Below the pieces are notes generated by a model. The model was not told where the DNA came from, did no database searches, and was given only the letters and a program-made list of their open reading frames with translations. DNA of 64,000 nucleotides from a virus. Taxonomy: Duplodnaviria > Heunggongvirae > Uroviricota > Caudoviricetes. The first letter of the stretch is position 1; the number at the start of each line of letters is the position of its first letter. This document shows, piece after piece, positions 55,276-64,000 of the stretch. The translations under genes were made by a program, and so were the position numbers. The DNA lies in the IMG/VR virus record IMGVR_UViG_3300048587_000389, positions 1 through 64,000 of that record; one strand, 5' to 3'.

Positions 55276-56029
55276 GAAGATTACGGTCATCATGCCGTGC
55301 TATAAAAATACTGAGTACACAGACAGAGCTATTGCTAGTTTATTGCGCACAAGCAAGAGACTTAAAGAGATCATCATAATTGAGAATGACCCAGAAGGAT
55401 CTACTCTCATGATGCTCAAAGAGCGAGGCTACACGTGCAGTATTCTTTGGAATAAAGAAAATGCAGGCGTATCAAAGTCATGGAATGCAGGCATTTATAT
55501 GTCATCAACTGATTTAGTTGCAGTTGCTAACAACGACATTGAAATGATTACGGAAGGATGGGATGATATTGCTGTTCAGTATTTTGAGAAGAATGAAAAA
55601 GCAGCAATAGTATGTTCATGGCCGGTAGGACACAGAGACGAGTTTCTGAATCCGAACAATGATCCTGTTGAAGGGTTGAACGGAAGCTTCTTTGTTGTCA
55701 GCAAAGAGAAGGTACGAGAAACAGCTAACTTCAAACTCAAAAGAGAGTATATCGATACAGAATACACACCAGCATATTGGGAAGATGCAGATCTTTTAGT
55801 ACAGGTAAGAGCGCAGAAATATGAATCATACGTTCTTCCAAGTATAAAAATGGTGCACTTCTCAAATACTACAGCAAGACAAATACTTCCTTCACACAAA
55901 GGAATGGACAACCCTTACTGGAAAAACTTAGACTACTTTAATAAAAAATACGGAGTTCATATCTGGGACTATTTTAAGGTTCACCTTAGTAATGTCTTAG
56001 ACGAAAATACAAATGCCAGACTCATCTAA
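55262..56029 (+). CDS. GT2-family glycosyltransferase
   Basis: ITVIMPCYKNTEYTDRAIASL. Confidence 0.55.
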   Translation: MDSSKKITVIMPCYKNTEYTDRAIASLLRTSKRLKEIIIIENDPEGSTLMMLKERGYTCSILWNKENAGVSKSWNAGIYMSSTDLVAVANNDIEMITEGWDDIAVQYFEKNEKAAIVCSWPVGHRDEFLNPNNDPVEGLNGSFFVVSKEKVRETANFKLKREYIDTEYTPAYWEDADLLVQVRAQKYESYVLPSIKMVHFSNTTARQILPSHKGMDNPYWKNLDYFNKKYGVHIWDYFKVHLSNVLDENTNARLI

Positions 56030-56549
56030 ACTACAACCAAAAGAAGAGATAGAACAGTTTTACGAGACTCCTGACCCATGGGGTTACAAGACTCGTGAAG
56101 ATGATGCTATTCGTAAAGCACTGATTATCGGTGCTATTCCAGTTGATGATTACGAGTCTGTTCTTGATATTGGCTGCGGTGAAGGATTCATCACAGAAAC
56201 ACTTCCTGGAGAAAAAGTTCTTGGTATTGATATTTCAGAAAAAGCAATAGAACGAACAAAGCCAACACCACGTATTAGATACATTGCTGGCGACATCAAT
56301 GAAATGCATTTAAGTCCACGAAGCGTAGATCTTGTTATTGCAACAGGAGCTCTCTATCCGCATTATGTGACTAAAGAAACAATTGATAAAATTATAAAAG
56401 CCACAAACAAGTATCTTGTGACATGTCATATTGAAACGGTTGGGAAAGTAGAGATACCGTTAGAGCCAATTAAACGCGGCTTCTTCAAATACAACGGCAT
56501 GGTAGAAGAGCTTTGTGTTTATGATTTAAGAACAAATCTCATTCTATGA
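56013..56549 (+). CDS. SAM-dependent methyltransferase
   Basis: VLDIGCGEGF motif I. Confidence 0.55.
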   Translation: MPDSSKLQPKEEIEQFYETPDPWGYKTREDDAIRKALIIGAIPVDDYESVLDIGCGEGFITETLPGEKVLGIDISEKAIERTKPTPRIRYIAGDINEMHLSPRSVDLVIATGALYPHYVTKETIDKIIKATNKYLVTCHIETVGKVEIPLEPIKRGFFKYNGMVEELCVYDLRTNLIL

Positions 56550-57049
56550 TTTACGTAGCACATGAACTAAAACAGAAACATATTGACTTCATACGAAGCA
56601 AACAGAATTGGGTATTCTTAAACGACTACACTGATCCTGTAAATCAGAATGTGATGACTTTTGATGGTCCTTACACTTCTCTTCTTGAAGGTGCAGATCA
56701 ACTTAAGATCCCGTTTGAGGTGTTTGTCTTTTGGGGCAATCTCGGAACAGATCGTCTTAAGAATACAGATCAGCGATTCTGTACATGGGATGAAACAAAG
56801 CAATTAGAAAAATATGGTGCAAGATTACAGTGGCACACAAGAACACATCGAAGACTAACTGAGATTGATGCGCAAGAACAAGAATTTGACATCATACCAG
56901 CATTTGAATGTGAGTGGTTCGCTTATCCATACGGAGACTTCAACGAATCAGCAAAAGAGATAACAAAAAAGTATTATAGAGGAGCAGTATCGGTTATTCA
57001 AGGTAACGACACAGATGTGTATTGTTTAAACCGATCAGACATATCATGA
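56546..57049 (+). CDS. polysaccharide deacetylase (NodB/CE4-like)
   Basis: MTFDGP (TFDDG motif), LQWHTRTHRRL His motif. Confidence 0.5.
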   Translation: MIYVAHELKQKHIDFIRSKQNWVFLNDYTDPVNQNVMTFDGPYTSLLEGADQLKIPFEVFVFWGNLGTDRLKNTDQRFCTWDETKQLEKYGARLQWHTRTHRRLTEIDAQEQEFDIIPAFECEWFAYPYGDFNESAKEITKKYYRGAVSVIQGNDTDVYCLNRSDIS

Positions 57050-57732
57050 CAGTCGGTGTAGCAATATCAAGTTATAAGTACGGAATGTATCTGGCAAATT
57101 GCCTTGATTCTGTATTTGCGCAAACAAAGAAGCCTGATCAAATCATCGTAGTAGATGATGCTTCAGATGATGGTGGCTTGACTAAACACATAGCTGACAT
57201 GTGGGGCGTTGAGTGTATAGTTCGTGAAAAGAACATGGGCACAAGAGACAACTTTCAAGACATTCTTGTAAATCACATGAAGACTGATCTTATGTTCTTT
57301 CTTGGAGCAGACAACTGGCTTCACCCTCAATACATAGAGCGTACATACGAGCAAATCAACGACAGAGTAAAGTTAGTTGGTACTAACACATACATTGTTG
57401 GAGAATTTGGAAACATGGTTTGTCACATTGCTCCTGACTGGTACAATGATTCTAGAGATCTTCCGATGTGGGATTACAAAGAGAAGAATCTCGAATATGA
57501 CAACTGGATTCATGGGTCTGCATTATTTGATAGAAAAATTGCTATTGAACTCGGCGGCTTTTATCCAAGTGTTGTGACACAGCTTTCTGATCACGATATG
57601 TGGAGAGCATTTTACAAAGCAGGATGGGAAGTAAGAAAATCAGATCTTCCACTTCTTTATTATAGAAAGCACAGATTTAATTTCAATCAAAGTGAAGTGA
57701 AACTGGGCATTGAACAACGAGGACAAAAATAG
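57046..57732 (+). CDS. GT2-family glycosyltransferase
   Basis: VGVAISSYKYGMYLANCLDSVFAQT, IIVVDDASDDG. Confidence 0.55.
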   Translation: MTVGVAISSYKYGMYLANCLDSVFAQTKKPDQIIVVDDASDDGGLTKHIADMWGVECIVREKNMGTRDNFQDILVNHMKTDLMFFLGADNWLHPQYIERTYEQINDRVKLVGTNTYIVGEFGNMVCHIAPDWYNDSRDLPMWDYKEKNLEYDNWIHGSALFDRKIAIELGGFYPSVVTQLSDHDMWRAFYKAGWEVRKSDLPLLYYRKHRFNFNQSEVKLGIEQRGQK

Positions 57733-57733
57733 T

Positions 57734-58009
57734 ATGAACATCTCACAAATACATCCAGTAGCAGGTTATGTTATTGTCAAAGAGCAAGAAGAGGGTGAAG
57801 TAAAAACAGCATCAGGCTTGATTCTTACAACAGGAACAGAAAAACAGAGCGATGGAACAATTGTAGCTCTTGCTGATGATCTTAAAGAAACATACAAGAT
57901 TGGTGACAAAATCATCTTCAAGAGATGGACTGTCAATGAGTATAAGATCAGCGATAAAACATATCAATTTGTTAAGCATGAAGATGTCCTAGCGCTTATT
58001 AAGGAATAA
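57734..58009 (+). CDS. groES: GroES-like co-chaperonin
   Basis: 91 aa; VKTASGLILT, mobile-loop and GDKIIFKRW pattern of Hsp10. Confidence 0.55.
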   Translation: MNISQIHPVAGYVIVKEQEEGEVKTASGLILTTGTEKQSDGTIVALADDLKETYKIGDKIIFKRWTVNEYKISDKTYQFVKHEDVLALIKE

Positions 58010-58010
58010 C

Positions 58011-58895
58011 ATGAACATAGCAATAATGTCAACATATAATCAGGTATGCGGCATAGCAGACTATACTGCATCGCTTGTTCGTCATATTCCTGAAGAACAC
58101 GAAGTTAAGATCATTGCGCCGTATCTTACAGAAGTGCACCCATCAGTGTGTGCTGTCGGTCCAGAAGATCCAAGAACACATCGCTATTTTAACGCCACAA
58201 TATGGGACGGGCGCATAGGAATAGAAGCTGATAAAATCACAGAGATAGCAGAGTGGGCTGATGTACTACACATCCAGTTTCAAGATGCGCTCTATCACCA
58301 TGACTGGTTTTTGATTCTCTTAAAACGACTACACGGAAAGTGCAAACTAGTAGTAACTCTCCACGATACATGTCTTGGAAAGATCTGGCCGCTCATGGAT
58401 TTCTTTGATGAAGTCTTTACAATGAAGCCAGAGGTAAAAGCACAAGCTCCAAGAGCTCAGCTCATCCCGATGCCTATCTACAACCGCAAGCCGCTTTTGA
58501 AAGGGTTTGGTCTCGGCAGAAGTAAACACGATGTCATCAGTAGGATTTGTAATGACTTAAGGATAGATTACCAATACACAAAGGCTGATGACAACTGGAT
58601 GCCCATCGATGAACTGCTTGTATGGTTAAGGGATTCAGACGGTATCGTACTGTTCTATGATGAAGTTTCTACAGCTGGTTCATCTGCAGGTGCGCGTACA
58701 GCGCTCTCTACACGTAGACCAGTCTTTGTCAATAGAGTAACATGGTTCAACGACATCCCAGAAGATGCAGTCATCAAATTCAATGACGAATTAGATCTTA
58801 AGCGTGTGCTTGAGGAGCATTTTTCTAACGACTATATGGAAAAGTGTTCGTATGAAAACGTCATCTCGCAGCATTTAGAAGCATATTCTAGATAA
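58011..58895 (+). CDS. possible GT4-like glycosyltransferase
   Basis: N-terminus MNIAIMSTYNQVCGIADYT resembles GT4 N-domain. Confidence 0.3.
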   Translation: MNIAIMSTYNQVCGIADYTASLVRHIPEEHEVKIIAPYLTEVHPSVCAVGPEDPRTHRYFNATIWDGRIGIEADKITEIAEWADVLHIQFQDALYHHDWFLILLKRLHGKCKLVVTLHDTCLGKIWPLMDFFDEVFTMKPEVKAQAPRAQLIPMPIYNRKPLLKGFGLGRSKHDVISRICNDLRIDYQYTKADDNWMPIDELLVWLRDSDGIVLFYDEVSTAGSSAGARTALSTRRPVFVNRVTWFNDIPEDAVIKFNDELDLKRVLEEHFSNDYMEKCSYENVISQHLEAYSR

Positions 58896-58997
58896 CTTCA
58901 ATCTCCATTTTTTCTCACAAAACAACAGTGCGCAAAAATTATAATAAACTTAAACCAGTTTAGTGCTGGTTAGAATAATGTATTATAGGAGATCATA

Positions 58998-59519
58998 ATG
59001 GCAGCAACATATAACTGGGCTCAAAGATACGGTGCCCCTGCGGGTACTGAAGTTGATCTTGGTGCTTCAGGAAACTTGTTTAACTTTAAGACTGCTGATG
59101 ATGCTACTGCAGCTAACTATTCCTCAAACCCTATCACTGCTTCAGATGCAGCTGATGGTGGTAACTCATACGAGGTATGGCTACGTGCTCACTTTACCGG
59201 AACATTCAACCAGATTGATAACCTTCAATTCTGGATGAGTACAAACTTCTCTCCATCAACAGGTTTAACTGTTAACTGGAAGGGAAATAACTCTGGTTCA
59301 TACGCAGCACCAACTACAGATGATTCAACTGTAGCAACTGCATCAGTACCAACATCAGATCCAGGTACAGCAAACGTGTCAATTGGCACATCACTATCAG
59401 GCAACCTTACAGCCGCAGGCTACTCAGACTATATTGTCTTGCAGCTTCATGTCGGTACTACGGCTGCTTCTGGTGATACGTCACTTGCAACATTTACTTT
59501 GCAGTACGACGAGCAATAA
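58998..59519 (+). CDS. Ser/Thr/Ala-rich virion-associated protein (candidate glycosylation substrate or tail tube)
   Basis: strong RBS ATAGGAGATCATAATG; composition. Confidence 0.45.
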   Translation: MAATYNWAQRYGAPAGTEVDLGASGNLFNFKTADDATAANYSSNPITASDAADGGNSYEVWLRAHFTGTFNQIDNLQFWMSTNFSPSTGLTVNWKGNNSGSYAAPTTDDSTVATASVPTSDPGTANVSIGTSLSGNLTAAGYSDYIVLQLHVGTTAASGDTSLATFTLQYDEQ

Positions 59520-59536
59520 AATGAAAGGGCAATACA

Positions 59537-59848
59537 ATGCTACAAACAAATCCAGATAATCAAGAATTCATAAACGCAATCAAGAACCTTCAAGAAGGTG
59601 AAACGATTGAAGTAGCAGACGGCACACTCTTAGTAGAAGCCGTCTTTTCAGTGCCTACTCATTTTAGATGGCATCAAAACATATTCAAACCAGGCATGAT
59701 CCTCAAGAAACAAGACTCTAATGCTAGAGTTTATGTAAGTGCAACACAGCTTGGATGGACTCTGGAATCATATCCAGAAGATTACTTTGAGGACAGACAA
59801 ATAGTTGATGGTGAGGTGCTTTCAGCACAAGGTCACCCAACAGAATAA
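59537..59848 (+). CDS. hypothetical protein
   Basis: 103-aa ORF. Confidence 0.45.
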   Translation: MLQTNPDNQEFINAIKNLQEGETIEVADGTLLVEAVFSVPTHFRWHQNIFKPGMILKKQDSNARVYVSATQLGWTLESYPEDYFEDRQIVDGEVLSAQGHPTE

Positions 59849-59863
59849 AAATTAAGGAGCAAT

Positions 59864-60289
59864 ATGAGTGACATACAAGTCAATCACAAATACGACGTAA
59901 ATTGGGAATGGATCGCTGAATATCAAGATGGAAGCATTCTAAATGAAGACTTCTACTCTGAAGATCCAAAGAATTACGGTCACATAGATCACGAAAGATT
60001 AGTGTGGCTTTGGTTAGTACCAGTTGGTCAAAGACAAATGCGCAGATTTGGAGTTAACTTAAAGACAGGAATGTTTTTGATTAACGGTGTAGAAGTACAC
60101 ACTGCGTTGCCAGAAGGTGAACGACGCTTGATCAACTTTAAGCGAGTTCAGCAACAGTTTGGACCTGATGCACAGCCTGCATCTTGCAGACACGGAATAG
60201 GATTCCAAGTTACAATTGATGACGTAAACTATCAGCAGTTTATGCTTATTGATCCAGATGGCAAAATTACAATAAGCAACAAGAAATAA
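59864..60289 (+). CDS. hypothetical protein
   Basis: AAGGAGCAATATG RBS. Confidence 0.5.
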   Translation: MSDIQVNHKYDVNWEWIAEYQDGSILNEDFYSEDPKNYGHIDHERLVWLWLVPVGQRQMRRFGVNLKTGMFLINGVEVHTALPEGERRLINFKRVQQQFGPDAQPASCRHGIGFQVTIDDVNYQQFMLIDPDGKITISNKK

Positions 60290-60336
60290 AGACGAATTAC
60301 ATCGGCTTGAGTTCAATACAATGAGCGCAATGAAGA

Positions 60337-60363
60337 AGCTAGCCGATGTGCTAGCTTTTTTCG
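60337..60363 (+). terminator. rho-independent terminator
   Basis: AGCTAGC-CGATGT-GCTAGCT then TTTTTTC. Confidence 0.65.
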
Positions 60364-60376
60364 TATAGGGATCAAT

Positions 60377-63300
60377 ATGGCAATTGCATTAGATGCAGCC
60401 TCTAGTCAAAGCACAGCTACAGCGACATCTCTGACATTCTCTCACACAGTGAGTGCAGATGCGGATCGTTACCTTGTAGTTGGCGTGCACTGGGAAGGTG
60501 ATTCTGATGACATCACAGGCGTTACATTTAATGGTGACGCAATGGAGAGAATCGGAATGGTTGCAGGCTATTCTGGTTGGATCTATGCTTACGGTCTTGT
60601 AAACCCAGATTCAGGAACACACGATGTTGTAGTTTCTGCTGGCACTTCAGATAAAATTGTAGCCGGTGCTGTATCATACGAAGGTGTTCACCAAACAGTT
60701 CCTGTTGACAACAAAGTTTCAGATTTCAATTCAGGTATTTCATCTGGCTCTTGGAATGGTGCTGAAGTTCTCACACGTGTTACAGATTCATGGGGTGTTC
60801 TCATGTCAGACAAGACAGCAGGCGGAACAATGTCTGCTGGTGGTGGATCAACACACAGATCTTCAGGTAACGGCTTCGGTATCTTTGACTCTAATGGTGC
60901 TCTTGGTGCCCCTGCGCTAGAAAGAATGAATGCTTATGCATCAGACGGTACACAAAACTGGGCACACATGCTGTTCAATCTTATTCCATCTGGCGCTACT
61001 CTCCCTGCCGGTATTCTGATTCACAATACAACTAACGGAAACAACACAGACTTTTCACACGTTCATCCAGCAGATTTAACAAATGATGCTCTTATCGTTA
61101 TGATAGGAACTCATCAGGGTGTCATCACAGGAGTTACGTACGGTGGCGAAGCAATGACTAAGCTTGCTGAAGGTAGCTCATCAAATGACGAAGACGGCTC
61201 TATTTGGATGCTTCTTGATCCACCTACTGGATCAAACACAGTTGACATCACTCGATCAGGTGGCTCATGGCATGGAGCTACTGCACTTTCAATATCAAAC
61301 GTAAGACAGTCTACAACACCTATCACATCTGCTTCTACTGAGGGTGGAAATGAGTCAAGCCCAGATATTGACATTACTCCTCTTTCAAATAACAACCTGA
61401 TTCTTACTGCAATCGGTGCTGAAGCTTACACATATACTGACGATCCTCAGGTTACCCTTGCTGGTATTCACGGTCAGTCTTATGAAGCAATGGCTGCGTC
61501 AATGTACATTCAGCAAAAAGCTGCTACATTCAACTCACAAACATATTTAGCATCAGGCCAGAGATATGGTTTAGCAGTAGTTGCTCTAGAACCAGAGTAC
61601 GCTTACGGAATCAACTCTGTCAGCCAAGCAACTGCAGCAGCAACAACAATCACTATCCCAGCACATCAAACAGGAGACTTGCTTGTTATATACGCTGCTA
61701 GAAATGGTAGCACAACAGCACCTACAGTTCCTTCAGGATGGACAACAGCCGGTGTCAATACTGGAACAACGACATCATGTGTGTCAGCATACAAGACTGC
61801 AGCTTCTGGTTCAGAGACATCAGGAACATGGACAAATGCAGGTTTATTAGCTTGTCATGTATACCGTGGCGCAGGAATGGCTGTTCGTCATGCCGGTGCT
61901 AATGGATCAAGCACAACTGTTAACTACTCAGGTGTAACAACAATGTCATTACCGGGACAATCACATGGTGTCCGTTTCTCAATGACTTCTGTTACAAATG
62001 CTTCTCTAGAAACAGCCCCATCAGGATTCTATAACAAAACAAATCTATCAAGCGGTTTTGAGATTGCTGGTCATGATACTCATTATCCAACATCATCAAT
62101 AGCATTTGCGGGTGTGTCTGTCGGTGGAACAAGCGGTAACTGGATTTCACAGTCTCTTGAACTTCTACCATCATTCGGTAACCCAGTTATTGAGGCCTCA
62201 ACGGGAAACAACTCAGGCAACGTTCTTGGTAATGTATCTACATCATCACATGCAGGTTACATTGGAAGTATCACTGCTTATCTTGATGCTTCTGCTGCTT
62301 CAAGAGTCGGTAAGTTTGCGCTTTATGATGCAACATCAGATGCACTGCTTGGTGTTACAGCAGAAATAGCTGTTTCTGAAACAGCAAGCTGGCAAACAGC
62401 AAGCTTTACTACTCCGATTGCTGTTACTGCTGCGACAAACTACTATGTTCTTGCTTTATGTGACGGAAGTACTCAAGTCACAATAGCTCGTACAGCTGCT
62501 ACAGACGCAGGTAGATTTGTAGCACAATCATACGCATCAGGATTCCCTGACCCAAGTGGAACATCAACAAACAACTTCCGCTATTCTATATTTGCTAACT
62601 ACACAACATATACACCACCTGCGTCAACAACGTATACTGTCACGGTAACTGCAAAAGCTAGAGTTAAAGCAACACAAACAAAAACAGTAACTGCTAAAGC
62701 TCGTGTTAAGAGTGCAGGTACTACACGCACTGTTACAGCTAAAGCGCGTGTTAAGTTCTTGCGAACTGTAACTGTTACTGCTAAGGCAAGAGTTAAAAAT
62801 GCGCAAACAAAAACTGTTACAGCTAAAGCAAAAGTTGTTCACAAAGCAGAGACATTATCTGATAACTTCAATGACAATTCAATTGATGGCGCAAAATGGA
62901 CTGGTGATGATGCAAGCATTGATGAGGTAAACAACCAGCTAGAGATTACACTCGGAACTGGATCAAGCTATCACCAATTAGAAACAGTCAACAAGTATTC
63001 ACTTGTTGGATCACGATTCTCAGCTCAAGTAGTATCAGCAGGCAATCAGGCAACATACCCATCACACAGTGCAATTATTTATGCTCGCTTTGGTGATGAT
63101 CACAACAACAAGATTTACATCTCAATTGCTGATGAAGAAATAGTCATCCACAAAATTGTTGGTGGTGTAGGTACAAGTGTAGGAACACCTCTAGCATACG
63201 ATCCTGATGTGCACAAATATGTTGCTATCAGTGAGCTTGCTGGTGAAACTTACTTTGAGTACTCTACAGACACTACAAGCTGGTCAAACATCATTGATCC

Positions 63301-64000
63301 AGTTACAAGCCCAATTGATACTCGCGAGCTTACATTTGCTATCCAAGGTGGTAAGTGGCAGACAGAAGCTGCGGGTGACACAATTATATTTGACAATGTC
63401 AACCTTGGCACACTCACACGTACTGTTCAAGCAAAAGCTAGAGTCAAGAAATTAGCACAGACAGTTACTGTCCAATCTAAAGCAAGAGTTAAGAAGCTTG
63501 CTCAGACAGTCACTGTAACCGCTAAAGCTCGTGTTAAGTCATCTGGTACAATAAGAACTGTTACAGCAAAAGCTCGTGTCAAAACAACACAGACAGCAAC
63601 AGTCAGTGCAAGAGCATTTGTTGTATCTGCAACAAGTACAGAAACAGTTACTGTAACTGCAAAAGCTCGTATTAAAGTTGTACAAACTGCAACAGTTACT
63701 GCAAAAGCCAGAGTTAAAGTTACACAGACTCAGACTGTTACTGCTAAAGCAAGAGTTAAATCACTTGGCACAACAAGAACTGTGACTGCTAGAGCTCGTG
63801 TTAAACAGATCAACAACACTGTTACTGTAACTGCTCGTGCTAGAGTAAATGTTATTCAGACAGTTACTATCACAGCAAAAGCTAGAGTTAAGAATGCGCA
63901 AACTCAAACTGTCACATCAAAAGCTCGTGTAAAACGACTTGGTATGACTCAGACAGTTACTGCAAGAGCACGTATTGCTGGTGCAGGTACTCCTGTGACT
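60377..64000 (+). CDS. very large repeat-containing structural protein (more than 1208 aa, 3' end beyond window); candidate tail fibre or receptor-binding protein
   Basis: open frame from ATG 60377 to window end, not in ORF track because no stop; three N-terminal about 190-aa domain repeats and about 19 tandem 13-aa TVTAKARVKxxQT repeats in two blocks. Confidence 0.65.
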   Translation, partial: MAIALDAASSQSTATATSLTFSHTVSADADRYLVVGVHWEGDSDDITGVTFNGDAMERIGMVAGYSGWIYAYGLVNPDSGTHDVVVSAGTSDKIVAGAVSYEGVHQTVPVDNKVSDFNSGISSGSWNGAEVLTRVTDSWGVLMSDKTAGGTMSAGGGSTHRSSGNGFGIFDSNGALGAPALERMNAYASDGTQNWAHMLFNLIPSGATLPAGILIHNTTNGNNTDFSHVHPADLTNDALIVMIGTHQGVITGVTYGGEAMTKLAEGSSSNDEDGSIWMLLDPPTGSNTVDITRSGGSWHGATALSISNVRQSTTPITSASTEGGNESSPDIDITPLSNNNLILTAIGAEAYTYTDDPQVTLAGIHGQSYEAMAASMYIQQKAATFNSQTYLASGQRYGLAVVALEPEYAYGINSVSQATAAATTITIPAHQTGDLLVIYAARNGSTTAPTVPSGWTTAGVNTGTTTSCVSAYKTAASGSETSGTWTNAGLLACHVYRGAGMAVRHAGANGSSTTVNYSGVTTMSLPGQSHGVRFSMTSVTNASLETAPSGFYNKTNLSSGFEIAGHDTHYPTSSIAFAGVSVGGTSGNWISQSLELLPSFGNPVIEASTGNNSGNVLGNVSTSSHAGYIGSITAYLDASAASRVGKFALYDATSDALLGVTAEIAVSETASWQTASFTTPIAVTAATNYYVLALCDGSTQVTIARTAATDAGRFVAQSYASGFPDPSGTSTNNFRYSIFANYTTYTPPASTTYTVTVTAKARVKATQTKTVTAKARVKSAGTTRTVTAKARVKFLRTVTVTAKARVKNAQTKTVTAKAKVVHKAETLSDNFNDNSIDGAKWTGDDASIDEVNNQLEITLGTGSSYHQLETVNKYSLVGSRFSAQVVSAGNQATYPSHSAIIYARFGDDHNNKIYISIADEEIVIHKIVGGVGTSVGTPLAYDPDVHKYVAISELAGETYFEYSTDTTSWSNIIDPVTSPIDTRELTFAIQGGKWQTEAAGDTIIFDNVNLGTLTRTVQAKARVKKLAQTVTVQSKARVKKLAQTVTVTAKARVKSSGTIRTVTAKARVKTTQTATVSARAFVVSATSTETVTVTAKARIKVVQTATVTAKARVKVTQTQTVTAKARVKSLGTTRTVTARARVKQINNTVTVTARARVNVIQTVTITAKARVKNAQTQTVTSKARVKRLGMTQTVTARARIAGAGTPVT

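Overview
The window reads as part of a large tailed-phage (jumbo-phage-like) genome, or a prophage, with about 40% GC and tightly packed genes; the main content is listed below, and the candidate novel systems follow.

**Content**
- **Virion and packaging genes:** small and large terminase subunits (13.7-16.0 kb); then, at 44-51 kb, putative portal, minor head, prohead protease, acidic scaffold and an HK97-fold major capsid protein.
- **Nucleotide metabolism:** serine hydroxymethyltransferase, class II (B12-dependent) ribonucleotide reductase, thioredoxin, RuvC-like resolvase and MazG-like pyrophosphohydrolases.
- **tRNA genes:** at least 32 tRNA genes fall in four blocks (4.0-5.4 kb, 6.6 kb, 12.2-12.5 kb, 22.4-26.7 kb). 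Small ORFs, promoters, terminators and three structured non-tRNA inserts sit between them.
- **Leftward early-type operons (16-17.8 kb, 30.9-43.2 kb):** mostly small proteins, plus RtcB RNA ligase, a SpoT-like HD hydrolase with a zinc ribbon, a further HD protein, two metallophosphoesterases and an HNH-AP2 homing endonuclease.
- **Membrane module (19.1-22.4 kb):** LemA, an SPFH/flotillin-like protein and a TPM-domain protein.

**Candidate novel or unusual systems**
- **Glycosylation island:** 8-9 genes immediately downstream of the major capsid gene (glycosyltransferases, methyltransferase, deacetylase, GroES), pointing to virion glycosylation.
- **Iteron array:** a roughly 900-bp ORF-free region carrying about 20 copies of an 8-bp repeat at exact 10-bp phasing, most likely an origin or centromere.
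- **Atypical tRNA-Leu paralogs:** three paralogous tRNAs with Leu-type D-arms but short variable arms, whose anticodons UAG, CAA and UAA are all leucine.
- **Giant repeat protein:** a protein of more than 1200 aa running off the window end, with three N-terminal domain repeats and about 19 tandem 13-aa TVTAKARVK repeats.
- **Promoter family:** a conserved cCTATTTACAA(N16-17)TATAAT promoter, about 13 copies, several with an upstream TTGATATAGT element.
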